Positions 24,276 to 26,166 of a stretch of 26,166 bases of DNA are shown in pieces; the stretch's first letter is position 1; each line of letters starts with the position of its first letter. The notes below the pieces were generated by a model. It saw only the letters and a program-made list of their open reading frames with translations. It was not told the DNA's origin and searched no databases. The position numbers and the translations under genes are program-made. This stretch comes from an uncultured archaeon (GTDB taxonomy: Archaea > Iainarchaeota > Iainarchaeia > Iainarchaeales > JAAZKV01), in NCBI GenBank assembly GCA_964387305.1, contig CAYLWD010000001.1, positions 1 through 26,166 of the forward strand, written 5' to 3'.

Positions 24276-25010
24276 ATGGTTTCTGATTCAAATACTCTTT
24301 TTGAAAAGTTGGGCTTAACTGAATACGAAGCAAAAACGCTCAACACTTTATTCAAATTAAAAGAAGCAGAAGCGCCCGACATTTCTAGGAGTGCACAAGT
24401 CCCTAAAACCCGAGTGTATGATGTTCTAGAGAGACTTATTGAAAAAAACTTAATTATAGAAATAAAGGGTAGACCAAAATCATATCGAGCAATTACTCCA
24501 CAAAAAGCAATCGATTCTTTAGTTTTAGCAAAAAAAGATCAAGTAAGCGCATTAGAAAAAGAAGCTACTGAAATGAAAAACAATTTAGTAAATTATGATG
24601 TACAAGAAGAGAGTGGAGAAAAAATAATGAAAGTAAAGGATAGGGGAGATTTTGAAAAAATTCTTGCACAAGAATTATTGAAAGCAAATAAAACAATTCA
24701 CGGAATGACTGAAATAACTGACGACCACAAAGTATTGCACGATGCTTTACAAAAAATGAAGGAAAAGAAAGTTGTTATTAGATTATTGAATTCACAAAAT
24801 TCTAAAAAACTTAGAGAGAGTGCTGAAGTAAAAATTGCTAACCACGGATTGAACGCATTTATTATCGATGATAAAAAAGTTGTCCTAGGTATTTCTGATT
24901 TCAAGAAACAAAGGCCCGAGTACAGTTTTGTTATTCTTAATGAACACCAACCAGTAGCTAATGCTTTAACACACTATTTTGATAAGCATTGGAACCCTGG
25001 GAAGTGCTGA
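24276..25010 (+). CDS. TrmB-family transcriptional regulator (wHTH plus short C-terminal domain)
   Basis: LGLTEYEAK...A.DIS..A.VPKTRVYDVL..L..K.LI....GRPK.Y.A..P is the TrmB N-terminal signature. Confidence 0.92.
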   Translation: MVSDSNTLFEKLGLTEYEAKTLNTLFKLKEAEAPDISRSAQVPKTRVYDVLERLIEKNLIIEIKGRPKSYRAITPQKAIDSLVLAKKDQVSALEKEATEMKNNLVNYDVQEESGEKIMKVKDRGDFEKILAQELLKANKTIHGMTEITDDHKVLHDALQKMKEKKVVIRLLNSQNSKKLRESAEVKIANHGLNAFIIDDKKVVLGISDFKKQRPEYSFVILNEHQPVANALTHYFDKHWNPGKC

Positions 25011-25022
25011 ATTTTAATAACC

Positions 25023-25040
25023 CGAACGAATAATTAAAAA
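25023..25040 (+). promoter_or_regulatory. Putative BRE/TATA for a leaderless gltX transcript
   Basis: CGAACGAAT-AATTAAAA lies ~25-30 nt before ATG 25063, and no SD precedes that ATG. Confidence 0.4.
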
Positions 25041-25062
25041 CCAAACCAACACTAATTCTAGC

Positions 25063-26160
25063 ATGTCTGAAATAAAACTAATCGCAGAAAAGTATGCTAT
25101 AAAGAATGCTTTTGAGTACCAAGGAAAAGCTGATGTTGGTGCAGTTGTTGGAAAAGTAAAAGCACTTGCTCCCGAAGTTGATTTGAAGAAAGAAATGAAG
25201 GAAATCAAAAGAATAGTTGATGAAGTAAATAAATTGGATAAAAGCGAGTTAGAAAAAAAATACAAAATTTTTGAAGAAGAAGGTTGGGAATTAAAGCACG
25301 TGGAGAAAGAAAAAACTCTACCCGAACTTGACTGGCTTAAAGCAGGAGAAAAACTAATTACTAGGGTAGCGCCAAACCCAAGCGGAGCAATGCATTTTGG
25401 ACATGCACGCCCAGCAATATTAACTGACGAGTATGTAAAAAAATATGGCGGAAAATTTATTTTAAGATTCGATGATACTGACCCAAAAATAAAGGTTCCA
25501 ATAAAAGGAATTGAAAAAGAATTCTTGCAAGAATTTGAATGGTTTGGAATAAAAATTAATGAAATCTCTAATGCTTCCGACCATCTTGAAAGATACTATG
25601 AAGTTATTGAAGAACTAATCAAAAAAGGACAAGCATACATCTGTAATTGTGATTCAGAAGAATGGAGAAAAAAAATTTGGGAAAGCAAAGCGTGTAAATG
25701 TAGGGAAAGAGAGGTAAAAGAACAATTAATGGATTGGAAAAAAATGTTGAGCCACGATATTAAAGAAGGGCAAGCAGTAGTTAGAATAAAAACTGATTTG
25801 AAGAACAAAGACCCTGCTACTAGGGATTGGTGGCTTGCTAAGATTGTTGATAATGTAGAGCACCCAAATCCAAGGGTAAAGGACAAGCACGTTTGGCCGA
25901 GCTATAATTTAGCAAGTGCAATTGATGACCACGACATGAATATTAATTTCATTATACGCGGACAAGAACATATTGGAAATGAAGAAAAGCAACGCGCACT
26001 TTACAATTACTTTGGTTGGACTTATCCGCACACAATTTATCACGGAAAAATTTCTAAAGTAGGAGACATGGTGTTAAGTAAAAGTAAAATAAAAGTATTA
26101 ATGGAAGAAGGCGGATTAAGCAGGGACGATGACCCAAGGTTGGCTACATTAAAATCATGA
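25063..26160 (+). CDS. gltX: Glutamyl-tRNA synthetase, archaeal type; truncated at 365 aa by a TGA at 26158-26160
   Basis: N-terminal NA..Y.GKA..GAV.GK, TRVAPNPSG.MHFGH (HIGH), LRFDDTDP, IRGQEH, VLSKS (KMSKS) and DDPRLATL motifs. Confidence 0.93.
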   Translation: MSEIKLIAEKYAIKNAFEYQGKADVGAVVGKVKALAPEVDLKKEMKEIKRIVDEVNKLDKSELEKKYKIFEEEGWELKHVEKEKTLPELDWLKAGEKLITRVAPNPSGAMHFGHARPAILTDEYVKKYGGKFILRFDDTDPKIKVPIKGIEKEFLQEFEWFGIKINEISNASDHLERYYEVIEELIKKGQAYICNCDSEEWRKKIWESKACKCREREVKEQLMDWKKMLSHDIKEGQAVVRIKTDLKNKDPATRDWWLAKIVDNVEHPNPRVKDKHVWPSYNLASAIDDHDMNINFIIRGQEHIGNEEKQRALYNYFGWTYPHTIYHGKISKVGDMVLSKSKIKVLMEEGGLSRDDDPRLATLKS

Positions 26161-26166
26161 CCACCG

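Noticed and set aside
3633-24904. Numerous minus-strand Phe/Leu/Ser-rich ORFs (e.g. 4691-5542, 8032-8448, 17036-17701) and short alternative-frame plus-strand ORFs (3633-3827, 5326-5559, 9327-9515)
   Set aside because: They are shadows of A-rich Lys/Glu codons in well-identified genes, with no SD, promoter or family motifs.
26158-26160. TGA recoding (Trp, Gly or Sec) as the explanation for the gltX stop
   Set aside because: TGA terminates many genes here at their expected ends, Trp is encoded by TGG throughout, and the codons after the TGA do not match GluRS.
1-26166. CRISPR arrays, transposases, integrases, rRNA genes
   Set aside because: I saw no regularly spaced repeats, no recognisable mobile-element ORFs and no rRNA-like GC-rich tracts.

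Overview
AT-rich (roughly one-third GC by eye) archaeal DNA read with the standard genetic code. About 21 kb (3359-24156, + strand) is an uninterrupted ribosomal-protein supercluster: uL3, uL4, uL23, uL2, uS19, uL22, uS3, uL29, aIF1/SUI1, Rpp29, uS17, uL14, uL24, eS4, uL5, uS14, uS8, uL6, eL32, eL19, uL18, uS5, uL30, uL15, SecY, DUF106, eL34, eL14, uS13, uS4, uS11, Rpo3, an intron-containing tRNA-Leu(UAA), eL18, uL13, uS9, Rpo10 and uS2. A TrmB-family regulator and a GluRS that stops prematurely 6 nt before the window end follow it. Upstream are the 3' part of a membrane-anchored surface protein, an RHH-antitoxin/RelE-toxin pair (- strand), an orphan basic protein and a 34-aa Pro/Arg-rich ORF that the ORF track missed. 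The metabolic genes normally embedded in this cluster (adk, cmk, eno, mevalonate genes) are absent and the proteins are divergent, which suggests a DPANN archaeon (inference only). The most unusual signals are the Pro/Arg micro-ORF, the structured uL3 leader, long Lys/Glu-rich extensions on many r-proteins, loss of metal-binding cysteines, a GC-rich structured pre-tRNA leader, a 77-nt intron with a relaxed BHB motif, and the truncated gltX. I moved many start codons downstream of the ORF-track starts, because those TTG/GTG starts sit inside GGTGA/GTGAT Shine-Dalgarno motifs.
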